Notes: a model not told the origin generated them from the letters alone. A stretch of DNA of 40,526 nt from Candidatus Hadarchaeum sp. (GCF_049969415.1 NZ_JBMFOX010000009.1:1-40526), one strand, 5' to 3'. Positions 8,880 to 18,935 are shown, numbered from the stretch's first letter. Translations and numbers: made by a program.

Positions 8880-10928
8880 TAAACGCTCAATAGAGCACAG
8901 CAGGGACTTCACCGCTGGGAATCCAGATATCGGGTCCCGATCTTCTTCGTTAGTTAAAATGTTGGCGTTGGCCTCTTTCCACCCGTGCTGGACGTGGACC
9001 ACCTTGGGGTGCATGTCCTCCGTGACCCTTGCCTTTATCTTGAGGCTTCCTCGCTTGGTCTTAACCAATATCATGTCACCATCGGCGATGCCGTATCTCT
9101 TCGCAGTCTCAGGGTGGATTTCGGCCAACGGGTCCGGAACCTTCTCCCGCAGCCGAGGTATGTTTCGCAGCTGTGAATGGGTATACTCCAAAATTCTGGA
9201 TCCTGTGGTTAAAATTAGCGGATATTTCTTGGTCAGCTCCGGATCACTCACCGGGCTCTCCTTGGGCTCGACATAGGTGGGTAGAGGATCATACCCATAT
9301 TTCCGAAGTGTCTCCGAGTACAGCTCGACCTTCTTGCTCGGCGTCGCAAATCCTTCGTCTATGTACTTCCGGTACCTCTGGCAATCATAGTAAAAACCCC
9401 CAGGTATCTCCTCAAGCGCCTTGAGCGAATAACCGGTCGGCTTCAACAGTACATCGATAGATTCCCTAACATCGTTCCACGGGAAGGACTCACCATAGCC
9501 CATTCTCTTGCCCAGCTCAAACCAGAACTTCCAGTCCGGCCAGGCCTCGCCCTGCGGTTCCACCACTTTTTTTCTAAGCATGACATAGGGAATTCCCATC
9601 ACCGCACCGAAGTCGAGCAATTCAGTCTTTTCCAAGAATGTGGCCGCGGGAAGAACGAGGTCGGCAAGCTCGGCCGTGGCGGTCATGAAGACGTCCATGA
9701 CAACGAGAAAATCAAGTTTTTCTAGCGCCGCTTTGACCTTATTGTAGTTAGGCCACTGGACTGCCGGATTGCCTCCGGAGACGATCATGGCCCTTATCTG
9801 ATGAGGATCTCCACTCAGCAGTTTATTTATCAAAACCATGACCTGTCCTTCTCTGGTGTGCTCGTACTGTATGGGGTGCACCTCGGCGCCAAACGGCTTT
9901 TCAGTTTGCATTTTCGGGAATCCCAAATTGGTCAACCTTAGCCTGGGTGAATAAGTATTTCCGCCGGGCACGTCGAGGTTGCCGGTGATCGCCATCATTA
10001 TGGCAAGGGCGCGAGAATTTTGAACACCGTTCGCCTGAAGATCTAAGGAGTTGCCCTGATTTATGCACGCCGGCTTGGTCGAGGCATATAATCGGGCCGC
10101 CTTGACTATATCCTCAGCATCGACCCAAGTTATCCCCTCAGCCTTCTCCGGAGTGTATTTTTTCACGTGCTCGGCCAATTTCTCAAAGCCGACCGTCCAC
10201 TTTTCTACAAACTCCTTATCGTAAAGTTCCTCGGAGATTATGACGTTCAACATGGCTAGGGCCAAGGCGCAATCGGTCCCGGGCCTAGGTCTGAGGTGTA
10301 TATCCGCCTTTTTTGCAAAAAAGGTTCGAACCGGATCAACGACGATTAGCTTGGCTCCGTTCTCCATGGCCTTGAGCAATTTCTTTGCCCGCGGCAAGAA
10401 AGCGTTGTACTCGTTGCGCCCCCACATTATGATGCATTTGGAGTTCTCGTGGTCAGGAACGGACATCGTGCCATAGGTCAGCCTGTGGGCTATCACTCTA
10501 GCCCTGTAGCACATGCTGTCGACCGAATAATAATGCGGAGTACCGTAAACATCGCAGAACCTGCGCGCATACCATTTATTCTCATAGTAATCGATGCCCT
10601 GTCCCAGATAGACGGACAAGGCCCGGCTTCCATAATCCTTCTTAATCCGGGCAAGTTCCCCCACAATGATGTCCAAAGCTTCGTCCCACGAAATCCTCTT
10701 CCAAGAATCACCTTCTCTTTTCATCGGATACTTGAGACGATCGGGAGCGTAAACGTAATCAATCGCGGCTTCAGCCTTGGGACAGATTTCACCCCGATTG
10801 ACTGGATGCTCTTTCATCCCCTCCACTTTGGCAATTTTCCCTCCTTCTGTGTAAACGTCCAAACCGCATTCTCCAGAACAGATTCTACAAATCGTCTTGA
10901 CCACTTTACCGTCATGCCCCGCGTTCAT
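8859..10928 (-). CDS. Mo/W-bisPGD oxidoreductase catalytic subunit, acetylene-hydratase-like clade, essentially intact
   Basis: CRICSGEC...C [4Fe-4S] motif, DRLKYP, ISWDEAL, Cys ligand in DSMC, RPGTDCALALAM, MTATAELADLVLP and a MopB_CT domain. No Tat signal. The last 6 residues come from the IS end. Confidence 0.9.
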   Translation of the reverse strand: MNAGHDGKVVKTICRICSGECGLDVYTEGGKIAKVEGMKEHPVNRGEICPKAEAAIDYVYAPDRLKYPMKREGDSWKRISWDEALDIIVGELARIKKDYGSRALSVYLGQGIDYYENKWYARRFCDVYGTPHYYSVDSMCYRARVIAHRLTYGTMSVPDHENSKCIIMWGRNEYNAFLPRAKKLLKAMENGAKLIVVDPVRTFFAKKADIHLRPRPGTDCALALAMLNVIISEELYDKEFVEKWTVGFEKLAEHVKKYTPEKAEGITWVDAEDIVKAARLYASTKPACINQGNSLDLQANGVQNSRALAIMMAITGNLDVPGGNTYSPRLRLTNLGFPKMQTEKPFGAEVHPIQYEHTREGQVMVLINKLLSGDPHQIRAMIVSGGNPAVQWPNYNKVKAALEKLDFLVVMDVFMTATAELADLVLPAATFLEKTELLDFGAVMGIPYVMLRKKVVEPQGEAWPDWKFWFELGKRMGYGESFPWNDVRESIDVLLKPTGYSLKALEEIPGGFYYDCQRYRKYIDEGFATPSKKVELYSETLRKYGYDPLPTYVEPKESPVSDPELTKKYPLILTTGSRILEYTHSQLRNIPRLREKVPDPLAEIHPETAKRYGIADGDMILVKTKRGSLKIKARVTEDMHPKVVHVQHGWKEANANILTNEEDRDPISGFPAVKSLLCSIERLRVLSQN

Positions 10929-11031
10929 AACACAACCGCTTTTTACATATCAAAAGACTTCTATTTAACTATATCTCAAAATTCAGTTCTCTGAAGAACA
11001 GGCTTTTATGAGCCAATCTTGAATTGTAAAC

Positions 11032-12132
11032 GTGGTCGATATGTTCGATAAAAAAGCGATGCAATTTATGAAGGATTTGATGGAATCCTTCGGTCCGTCC
11101 GGATTTGAGGCAGAACCGGCGAAAATGGTTAAGGAATATCTGCGACCCTATTCAAACGAGATCATCTCGGATAAATTGGGATCGATTATCTTCGTGGCAA
11201 AGGGAAAGGCACAGCGTCCGCGGATTCTGATGGCAGGGCATCTCGATGAGGTCGGCTTTGTCATCACCGGGATAGATGAAAAAACTGGTTTTCTGAAGTT
11301 CGGCCCGCTGGGAGGCTGGTGGGACCAAGTGCTTCTCTCTCAGAGGGTCATCGTCAGGACTAAAAAGGGCGATCTGCTAGGAGTCATTTCCTCAAAGCCA
11401 CCGCACGTTCTGACCGAGGAGGAAAGGAAAACGGTCGTGAAGAAGGAGGACATGTACATCGACATCGGGGCCTGCTCCATGGACGAAGCAGTTAAAATGG
11501 GGGTAAGGATAGGCGACCCAGTTACGCCCTGGTCTCCCTTTTCGCTATTCAAAGGGGGAAAATTTGCCGCGGGCAAGGGTTTCGATGACAGAATCGGCGT
11601 CTTCGTAATGGCCGAGGCCTTAAGGAGGATAAAGGAACAGGCGATCAAGCACCCCAACACCATCTACGCGGCCGCAACCGTGCAGGAGGAGGTTGGCCTG
11701 AGGGGGGCCAAAACTTCCGCCCACGTGGTCGATCCTGACGTTGGAATCGTGCTTGAGGTAGACATCGCTGGTGATGTGCCTGGAATCCAGCCCCATCAGG
11801 CCCCAACGAAGCTGGGAAAGGGTCCCTCCCTGCTGACCTACGACAGATCAATGATTCCCAACCAACCGTTGAAGGACTTCATCATTGAACTCGCGGAAAG
11901 GAAAAAGATACCGCTCCAGCTCTCACAGTCAACGGGTGGCGGCACCGACGCGGGCAGCATCCACTTGGACAGAGCCGGCTGCCCCACCGCCGTCATCAGC
12001 GTCCCCACCAGGCACATTCACACCCACGTGGGCTATCTCTGTCTGGAGGACGTGGAGAACGCTGTTAAATTGACCATTGAAATCATCAAGGAGCTTGATG
12101 CTGAGAGGGTAAGAAGTTTTACCGCGATTTGA
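11032..12132 (+). CDS. M42 family aminopeptidase (TET/FrvX-like)
   Basis: GPSGFE, AGHLDEVG, GKGFDDRIG, TVQEEVGLRGA, GGTDAG and PTRHIH. The start may be ATG 11041. Confidence 0.93.
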   Translation: MVDMFDKKAMQFMKDLMESFGPSGFEAEPAKMVKEYLRPYSNEIISDKLGSIIFVAKGKAQRPRILMAGHLDEVGFVITGIDEKTGFLKFGPLGGWWDQVLLSQRVIVRTKKGDLLGVISSKPPHVLTEEERKTVVKKEDMYIDIGACSMDEAVKMGVRIGDPVTPWSPFSLFKGGKFAAGKGFDDRIGVFVMAEALRRIKEQAIKHPNTIYAAATVQEEVGLRGAKTSAHVVDPDVGIVLEVDIAGDVPGIQPHQAPTKLGKGPSLLTYDRSMIPNQPLKDFIIELAERKKIPLQLSQSTGGGTDAGSIHLDRAGCPTAVISVPTRHIHTHVGYLCLEDVENAVKLTIEIIKELDAERVRSFTAI

Positions 12133-12876
12133 TCAGCGAATGTAGCTGGGCTCCTCTTCAGTGAAACCGCTTATCTCCGGGATGGGCTCCGGCGGTGCCA
12201 GTTTGGCCAGCCTCTTCGCCTGCTGCTCCAAATCCTTTAGCTCAAGCTTGAAGTTCAGCACCGCAGCCAAGGACTTCAAAACCGCGGCCGCCGCACCCGC
12301 GTCCAGCACCCCGCCCTCGGTGACGCCGAGCAGGCAAAATCCCATCATACCCCGCCGAGACGCCATTACCGGGAGCATCCCATTCATGCCCACGATCACG
12401 CCGCTGTTCAACAACCTGACGCCCCGTTCGCCCAGCATCTTAGCTAGCGAAGCTTCCGAGGCAGCTCCGACCACACCATAGCTGCGCCTTTCCTCGGGAG
12501 AAACCACATAGGCGGCCATTGTCCCGACCAGTTTAACTCCAAGGCGGGTGGCGACGTCCAGCAGATCCCCCGTGAGCGCATATTGCCCCAGGGGAGTCGC
12601 CGCCTGAGCATCAGCGGTCACCAGCACCATATCCTGCTTCATTTCCTCCGGACGGCAGTGGTAAAAATCAACCTTTAAGGGATTAATCTGTCCTTCCTCT
12701 TGGATTACCCATTCGGGGAAATATTCCGAGTAGAGCTCCAGAAACTTTTTCGCCGCCAATTTTTGCACCAGGTACTCCAATGCCAGCTTACCCACATTGG
12801 CTATGCCGGGAAGACCTGCCACCAGCACCGGCTGCTTCAGCTTTGGCCGGCGGAGATATCTCAATCGCGTGGGCAT
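12133..12876 (-). CDS. PAC2-family proteasome assembly chaperone
   Basis: PVLVAGLPGIANVGKLA, LYSEYFP, IVGMNG.L and a C-terminal SYIR. ATG 12876 is preferred over the ORF-track start. Confidence 0.85.
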   Translation of the reverse strand: MPTRLRYLRRPKLKQPVLVAGLPGIANVGKLALEYLVQKLAAKKFLELYSEYFPEWVIQEEGQINPLKVDFYHCRPEEMKQDMVLVTADAQAATPLGQYALTGDLLDVATRLGVKLVGTMAAYVVSPEERRSYGVVGAASEASLAKMLGERGVRLLNSGVIVGMNGMLPVMASRRGMMGFCLLGVTEGGVLDAGAAAAVLKSLAAVLNFKLELKDLEQQAKRLAKLAPPEPIPEISGFTEEEPSYIR

Positions 12877-12995
12877 AGTAATCCCTTTGGCTCCCAATAA
12901 TTTAAGTGTTAAATTTTCACGCGCCAATAGAGATTAACCGTTATCGGGTAAAATTGGAATTGAATCCGTTCCGGGGTGGTCAAATAAGGGATCCA

Positions 12996-13976
12996 GTGGC
13001 CATAGGCAACGGTGAAATCCGCGCGCTCCCGCTGGCGTTTGAGAGCCTCGGCGTGAGGGGCATGGCGACCTACGTTGAAACCGACGATGTGAGGATGGTC
13101 ATCGATCCCGGTTCGGCGCTTGGTCCCCGATTTCACCTGAGCCCGCACGAACGAGAATATATTGCGCTGGCCAGGTCTCGCCGCGCCATCATGGAGGCGG
13201 CGCGGAGGGCCGACCTGCTTACCATAAGCCACTACCACTTTGACCATTACGTCCCCAACTTTGAGGACTGGGTGTGGATCTGGAGTTCTCCTGAAATCGC
13301 GGCGGACCTCTACCGCGGCAAATTGATACTGGCCAAGGATATTAACGCCAACATCAATGCCAGCCAGAGAAAGCGCGGTTATATTTTTCAGAAGCTGAAC
13401 GCAAACATCGCCAGGGGGATAAAAATTGCTGACGGAAATAGTTTCAGCTACGGCCAGACCACGCTGAAATTCTCCCGACCGGTTGCTCACGGCTCGGCCG
13501 GGACCGAGCTGGGTTATCTGCTAATGCTGACGGTGAAAACGTCCGGCTGCACGCTCGTCCACGCCTCCGACGTGCAGGGACCCGTGGAAGAGACAACGCT
13601 GCAGATGATCCTAGCTGAAAGACCGGATGCCGTAATCATCGGCGGTCCGCCAATTTACCTCGCCGGATACAAAATCGACGAGACCAGCCTTAGGGCGGCG
13701 AAAAACAACATGGAAAAGCTGGTGAGCAAAGTTCCGCTCAACGTTATCGATCACCATCTGTTGAGGTCGCTTGATTATCGAGATTTTCTAGACTCCGCCT
13801 TCAAGGAGGCCGAGAGAAGAAAACACCGACTGCTCGCGGCCTCGGAACTGTTGGGGCTGGAACCTGAGCTTCTAGAGGCCAAGCGCAAGGAACTCCATGA
13901 AAAGGAACCCATCGCCAAAGAATGGTACCAGCGTCTGAAAACTGGAGACCTTAAGGAACTGATGAAGTCTGAGTAA
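12996..13976 (+). CDS. archaeal metallo-beta-lactamase-fold hydrolase (UPF0282-like)
   Basis: LAFESLGVRGMAT, IDPGSALGPRF, ISHYHFDH, HASDVQGP, GGPP.YL and DHHLLR. The start is uncertain. Confidence 0.85.
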   Translation: MAIGNGEIRALPLAFESLGVRGMATYVETDDVRMVIDPGSALGPRFHLSPHEREYIALARSRRAIMEAARRADLLTISHYHFDHYVPNFEDWVWIWSSPEIAADLYRGKLILAKDINANINASQRKRGYIFQKLNANIARGIKIADGNSFSYGQTTLKFSRPVAHGSAGTELGYLLMLTVKTSGCTLVHASDVQGPVEETTLQMILAERPDAVIIGGPPIYLAGYKIDETSLRAAKNNMEKLVSKVPLNVIDHHLLRSLDYRDFLDSAFKEAERRKHRLLAASELLGLEPELLEAKRKELHEKEPIAKEWYQRLKTGDLKELMKSE

Positions 13977-13979
13977 CCT

Positions 13980-15830
13980 TCACATCCTTTCCGGCGCCTT
14001 TATTCCCATCAGCTCCAGGGCATTCCTGAGAACCACCCGGACTCCGTTGACCAGACGCAGACGAGCGTCCCTCAGCTCTGAGGTCTCAGCATCGATCACC
14101 GGTGCCACCTCATAAAAAGCATTGAATGCCAGCGCCAGTTCCGCCGCGTAGATGGCAGGAAGATGGGGCTGCCGTCTCAAACCGGCCTCCATTACCACCT
14201 CGGGGAACTTAGCCAAAAGTCTGACCAACCGCTGCTCCTGCGGTAACTGGAAAACGCCGGAAATAGGCCTAACGGCAAGTTTCTTGGCCTTGCGGAGGAT
14301 GCTACAGGCCCTGGCGTGGGAGTATTGCACCGCGGGCCCGCTGTTCCTCTCGAAGTTGAGGGCATCCTCCCACTTGAAAGTTATGCGCTTTTCCGGGGAG
14401 GTGCTAATCAAGGAATACCTCACCGCACCCACACCCACGAACTCGGCCGCCCGGCGCTTGAAGCTCTCACTGGCCTGGGGAGCATGCTCCTGAACCACCG
14501 CCCGAGCCCTTGCCACCGCTTCCTCAACCACATCGTCGACAGTATACCCAATCCAAGTGCCCTTTCTGCCTGAGAACCTGCCACTCGGTAGCCACACGTG
14601 CTCGTAAGCCAAGTGGTATGAATTCTCATATTCCTTTTCAAAACCCAGCGCCCTGAGGGAATTGAAGACAACCTGCTGGGGAAACCTCTGTTCGGCACCG
14701 ACAACATTGATGACCATATCAGCCCGGCCAAACCTGGAGTTGGTCCTCCCCTTAGGTGACGTTGTGTACGTCTTGGTTCCGTCAGGGCGCCTAGAGTGCA
14801 ACCTAAACTTCAGCTTTGCCTCCGTCTTCCCGAACTTCCAGAGCTGGTAGGCTATGTCTCTCATGGTGTAAACCGTAGTGCCATCCGACCGAACCAGCAC
14901 CTTGTCCTCCAGACCGAAATCTGAAAGCTTCAGCACAAGGGCTCCCGCATATTCCCCGGTTCCCTCGACCAGATACTTGGTGCTCTTCAACCTCTGCAGG
15001 GTCTCGGTCAAAATCCCGGACCGAACTAAGTCGCTCTCCCAGACCAGCACGTCGTAGCTTATCCCCAGACGGTCGGTCGTCTCTAAGTTGGCCTTCACGC
15101 ACCTCTCGGAAAGCCGTCTCGCCTGATTGGGATCAGCGCCGGTACCCTGCTCAAGGCGGGCCAGTATTTGACGCACTTCCTCCTCAAGTCCCGGCTCCCG
15201 CTCAATCCGCGCGTGCATGTCAGAGTAAATCAGCCCCAACACGTGGTCAAACTTTGCCTTGGGCTTCTTCTTGATAAGACGATTAGCCAAAAGCGTTTCG
15301 GCGACCTGCCTGCCCATATCATCTATATAGTTCTGGACTTCGACCCGATATCCCAGGGCCCGCAGAATTCTCGCCAAGGTGTCTCCAACAACGGCATTTC
15401 TGCCGTGACCGATGTGGAGCGGCTTGGTCGGGTTAACGCTGGTATGTTCTATCAGCACCTTTTTTCCCTGGCCCACATCTGAGCAGCCATAACTGCGGTC
15501 GTGCTCCTCAATGCTCCGCAAGGTGAACTCGGCCAGTTTGGAAATATCGACAAAAAAATTAACATAATTTCCCGCAACCTCGACCCTCTCGACCAACCCC
15601 TCGGGCTTTATTTCCTTACCCAGCTCCGTCGCCAGAACTCCGGGAGGTTGGCGTTGTAATTTTGCCAAGTCAAAGCAGATCCTGGTCGCGAGATCGCCAA
15701 GTTTCTGGTCAGGCGGCTCCTCAAGCGTGTTAGCCGGCGTAGCCGTCACCTGCCAACCCAGCCTGGAGAGCGCCCCTTCTATGCTCCGGACGACATCGTT
15801 TTTAAACCGTCCCCATGGATTGACCGACAT
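13980..15830 (-). CDS. argS: arginine--tRNA ligase
   Basis: EHTSVNPTKPLHIGHGRN (HIGH), FSGRKG, QYSHARACSILRK and a C-terminal PERM. Confidence 0.97.
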   Translation of the reverse strand: MSVNPWGRFKNDVVRSIEGALSRLGWQVTATPANTLEEPPDQKLGDLATRICFDLAKLQRQPPGVLATELGKEIKPEGLVERVEVAGNYVNFFVDISKLAEFTLRSIEEHDRSYGCSDVGQGKKVLIEHTSVNPTKPLHIGHGRNAVVGDTLARILRALGYRVEVQNYIDDMGRQVAETLLANRLIKKKPKAKFDHVLGLIYSDMHARIEREPGLEEEVRQILARLEQGTGADPNQARRLSERCVKANLETTDRLGISYDVLVWESDLVRSGILTETLQRLKSTKYLVEGTGEYAGALVLKLSDFGLEDKVLVRSDGTTVYTMRDIAYQLWKFGKTEAKLKFRLHSRRPDGTKTYTTSPKGRTNSRFGRADMVINVVGAEQRFPQQVVFNSLRALGFEKEYENSYHLAYEHVWLPSGRFSGRKGTWIGYTVDDVVEEAVARARAVVQEHAPQASESFKRRAAEFVGVGAVRYSLISTSPEKRITFKWEDALNFERNSGPAVQYSHARACSILRKAKKLAVRPISGVFQLPQEQRLVRLLAKFPEVVMEAGLRRQPHLPAIYAAELALAFNAFYEVAPVIDAETSELRDARLRLVNGVRVVLRNALELMGIKAPERM

Positions 15831-15942
15831 GCTATCAAATTCCCTTATCAATATCGGCAATAAGGTTTTATGTTCAGAAAACGCCGAGCCCTTCCAGATC
15901 CAATTCTGCGGAAAACATGCCTATTTTGAACGAAAAGTAATT

Positions 15943-17247
15943 ATGGTGGGGAAGATGGTGCTACTTCACATCGGCATTGACGACACCGACTCCAAGAGAG
16001 GGATGTGCACGACCTATGTGGGGGCAGTCGCCATCAGGCGTCTGGAACAGCAGGGTTTCAAGTTAAAGGGCTACCCAAAGCTGATCCGCCTCAATCCTAA
16101 CTGGAAAATGAAAACACGGGGTAACTGCGCCATCGCCTTCACCTTGTCGGTAAAAAGGGACCAAATTCCGCTCGTCAAAGAAATCGTCCTCAAAACGGTG
16201 GCTGATCTGGCCGAACTGCATGTGGAAACAACCAATCCCGGCGTTGTCTTTTATCAGGGAAATAAAATCACGGAGGAAATGAAGGCCTTCTCCAAAAAAG
16301 TTGTCCAAGACGTTGTCACCATTGGGGAGGCCGAAGAACTCGCCAGAATGGTCGGGGCCGAAATACACAAGTTCAAGCTCGGCCGCGGCATCGTTGGCGC
16401 GCTGGCTGCCATCGGAAACACGCTTGAGGATGACTGGACATTTGAACTAATCACCTACCGAACGCCCGAAAACCGGGGGAAACCGAGAAAAATAGACCCC
16501 GCCTCGGTTGAGGAAATGGATCGAAAAACATACCCGAGAACCTTTGACAACCTCGACCCGAGCACCGGTGAAATCAGAATAACCCCGCACACGCCCTGCC
16601 CGATACTCTACGGAATCCGGGGTGAAACGCCCCAAGCGGTAAAGAAGGCCAGCGTAATCGTGAGATCGCTGGAACCGATTGAACAGACAATCGTCTACAA
16701 AACCAACCAGGGCACCGACGCACATCTGAGAAAGGTAAAGATAGCCGAGGCCAGGCCGAACTGGTCCGTGATCGTTGAGGGGGTGGTGTGCCAACCACCC
16801 CGGACCATACCCGGTGGGCATGTGATCTTCAGGCTGAAGGACGAGACCGGTGAAATAGACTGCGCGGCCTACGAACCGACGCGGCAGTTTCGTGACCAGG
16901 TAAGGAAATTAATCGTCGGAGACAGGTTGCGGGTCTTTGGGGGGATAAAGGAAAAGCCGGAGCTGCCCCTGACGGTAAACCTGGAGAAGTTTGAAGTGAT
17001 GGACCTGGCGCCGATTTTCCGGAGAGAAAATCCCACCTGCCCCCGCTGCGGCAAGAGGATGAAGTCGGAGGGTAAAAACAAGGGGTATTCCTGCAAATTG
17101 TGCAAGACAAGAGCTCCAGCAAGCGCGGTCAGGATGGTAAAGGTGGAAAGAGACATCAGCGTTGGCAGGTTTGAGGTACCTCCCCGCGCCCGCAGGCATT
17201 TGGCAAAGCCGTTGATCCGGGAACTGGCCGCCGAAAAACGGCGGTGA
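15943..17247 (+). CDS. tiaS: tRNA(Ile2) 2-agmatinylcytidine synthetase
   Basis: HIGIDDTDS, LIRLNPN..KTRGN, PHTPCPILYGIRG, TNQGTDAHL, an OB fold, a Zn ribbon (CPRC...CKLC) and ARRHLAKPL. Confidence 0.95.
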   Translation: MVGKMVLLHIGIDDTDSKRGMCTTYVGAVAIRRLEQQGFKLKGYPKLIRLNPNWKMKTRGNCAIAFTLSVKRDQIPLVKEIVLKTVADLAELHVETTNPGVVFYQGNKITEEMKAFSKKVVQDVVTIGEAEELARMVGAEIHKFKLGRGIVGALAAIGNTLEDDWTFELITYRTPENRGKPRKIDPASVEEMDRKTYPRTFDNLDPSTGEIRITPHTPCPILYGIRGETPQAVKKASVIVRSLEPIEQTIVYKTNQGTDAHLRKVKIAEARPNWSVIVEGVVCQPPRTIPGGHVIFRLKDETGEIDCAAYEPTRQFRDQVRKLIVGDRLRVFGGIKEKPELPLTVNLEKFEVMDLAPIFRRENPTCPRCGKRMKSEGKNKGYSCKLCKTRAPASAVRMVKVERDISVGRFEVPPRARRHLAKPLIRELAAEKRR

Positions 17248-17285
17248 TTTATAGTAAAAAGGTGAATCTAAACCGGTGAAAGCCC

Positions 17286-17702
17286 TTGCAGGTCAGAATC
17301 AACATCAATTACATTTCAGCAGAGAGGTTCTGGGAGCAGGAAAGGGCAGCTCCCGCCGGTGTCCACATCTCAACGAACGTGAACATCATCGGGCTCGAGA
17401 AAAAGGAGGATAAGTTGACGGCGCCGTTTGTGGTTACCATTGTCTATAACCCGCCGCTGGCACAGATAACCATCAAGGGGCAGGCGTTCATTTTGGCCGA
17501 TCTCGCCGAAATCGAAAAAATTTATGGGGATTATAAGAAACAATTGCCGCCGCCGCAGCTCCTGTTGCAGGCGATAACCAACACCTCGCTGGTCGAGGCC
17601 ACCGTGGTCTCAAGATCCCTGAATATACCCCCGCCGATACCCATGCCCAGCCTGCAGCCACCTCAGAAGGAGGACCGGGAAAGACCCAGCTACGTGGGCT
17701 GA
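17286..17702 (+). CDS. conserved archaeal hypothetical protein, possibly SecB-like fold
   Basis: Four predicted beta strands, then a helix and a PPPIPMP motif. It follows tiaS with a GGTGA SD. Confidence 0.6.
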   Translation: MQVRININYISAERFWEQERAAPAGVHISTNVNIIGLEKKEDKLTAPFVVTIVYNPPLAQITIKGQAFILADLAEIEKIYGDYKKQLPPPQLLLQAITNTSLVEATVVSRSLNIPPPIPMPSLQPPQKEDRERPSYVG

Positions 17703-17726
17703 ACTAAAACTCCAATATAAGCATTA

Positions 17727-17741
17727 CGAAAGGTTTATATA
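17727..17741 (+). promoter_or_regulatory. BRE-TATA promoter of the gar1-tfb operon
   Basis: CGAAAGG followed by TTTATATA about 45 nt upstream of gar1. Confidence 0.65.
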
Positions 17742-17782
17742 TGGGATAATTTGACTACTTAAAAGGTTTTTGAGGGATAATT

Positions 17783-18064
17783 TTGGTCCTGACTGCCAAG
17801 ATACTGCACCTCCGACCTAGAGGGTTAGTGGCCCGTGGAGACCAAGCTCCCAAAATGGGTCAGAGCGTCCTCGACTCCTCAAAGAGAAGGATAGGCAACG
17901 TGATTGACATCTTCGGACCGGTGAAGGCGCCTTACTTCCTGATAAAACCCGCCTCGGAGGTAAAATCCGAGCTCAACAAGCTGATCGGTGTGGAAGTATA
18001 TTTGGGGGAACCGCATGGAAAAGGTGGAAAGCCAGAAAAAATGTCCCGAATGCGGAAGCACTAA
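17783..18064 (+). CDS. gar1: H/ACA RNP subunit Gar1
   Basis: [15 protein letters not shown] motif and the conserved gar1-tfb linkage. Confidence 0.88.
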   Translation: MVLTAKILHLRPRGLVARGDQAPKMGQSVLDSSKRRIGNVIDIFGPVKAPYFLIKPASEVKSELNKLIGVEVYLGEPHGKGGKPEKMSRMRKH

Positions 18065-18935
18065 GCTGGTGCGGGACTACGAGCGGGCGGAGCTGGTCTG
18101 CGCTAGCTGCGGCTATGTCATTCACGCCAAGATCATGGATATGGGTCCGGAGTGGCGCGCCTTCGACCAGGAACAGCGGGAGCGCCGTGGGAGGGTTGGA
18201 GCTCCGATGACTTTAACCATACACGATAAAGGCCTGTCGACGATGATTGACTGGAGGGACCGCGACTCCCACGGAAAGGACCTGACGCCGAAGCGCCGGG
18301 CCCAAATCTACCGTCTGAGGAAGTGGCAGCGAAGAATAAGGGTTTCTGACGCCACGGAGAGAAACCTGGCCTTTGCCCTTTCAGAAATCGACCGCATGGC
18401 CTCCCACCTCAACCTGCCCAGAAACGTGAGGGAGGCAGCCGCCCTCATCTATAGGAAAGCCGTAGAGGAGAGGCTGATCCGCGGACGCTCCATCGAGGGC
18501 GTTGCCGCGGCGGCGCTGTATGCGGCCTGCAGGGAGAGCAAGGTGCCACGGACGCTGGACGAGATAGCTGAGGTCTCACGCGTCAGCAAGAAGGAGATCG
18601 GGAGAAGCTACCGTTTCATCGCCCGTGAGCTCCTCATCCATCTGCGGCCCACCAGCCCGATCGATTACATACCGCGGTTCGGCTCTGACCTAGGCCTGAG
18701 CGGTGCGGTGCAGTCAAAGGCGATAGAGCTGTTAAAGGAGGCGCAAAAGAAGGGCTTGACCTCCGGCCGTGGTCCGACGGGGGTTGCGGCGGCGGCCATC
18801 TACATCGCGAGCGTGCTGATGGGGGAGCGGAGGACGCAGCGGGATGTGGCGGATGTGGCGAGGGTTACAGAGGTCACCGTAAGAAATCGCTACAAGGAGC
18901 TCTGTGAGAAGTTAGGGCTAGACGTGGAGCTGTGA
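18015..18935 (+). CDS. tfb: transcription initiation factor IIB
   Basis: Zn ribbon CPECGS...CASCG, GPEWRAF B-reader, [10 protein letters not shown] and two cyclin repeats. ATG at 18015. Confidence 0.97.
   Translation: MEKVESQKKCPECGSTKLVRDYERAELVCASCGYVIHAKIMDMGPEWRAFDQEQRERRGRVGAPMTLTIHDKGLSTMIDWRDRDSHGKDLTPKRRAQIYRLRKWQRRIRVSDATERNLAFALSEIDRMASHLNLPRNVREAAALIYRKAVEERLIRGRSIEGVAAAALYAACRESKVPRTLDEIAEVSRVSKKEIGRSYRFIARELLIHLRPTSPIDYIPRFGSDLGLSGAVQSKAIELLKEAQKKGLTSGRGPTGVAAAAIYIASVLMGERRTQRDVADVARVTEVTVRNRYKELCEKLGLDVEL

Noticed and set aside
8859-10928. True acetylene hydratase, formate dehydrogenase or selenoprotein
   Set aside because: The catalytic Asp of acetylene hydratase is absent, there is no Cys/Sec-His pair as in FDH, the ligand codons are Cys, and there is no in-frame TGA.
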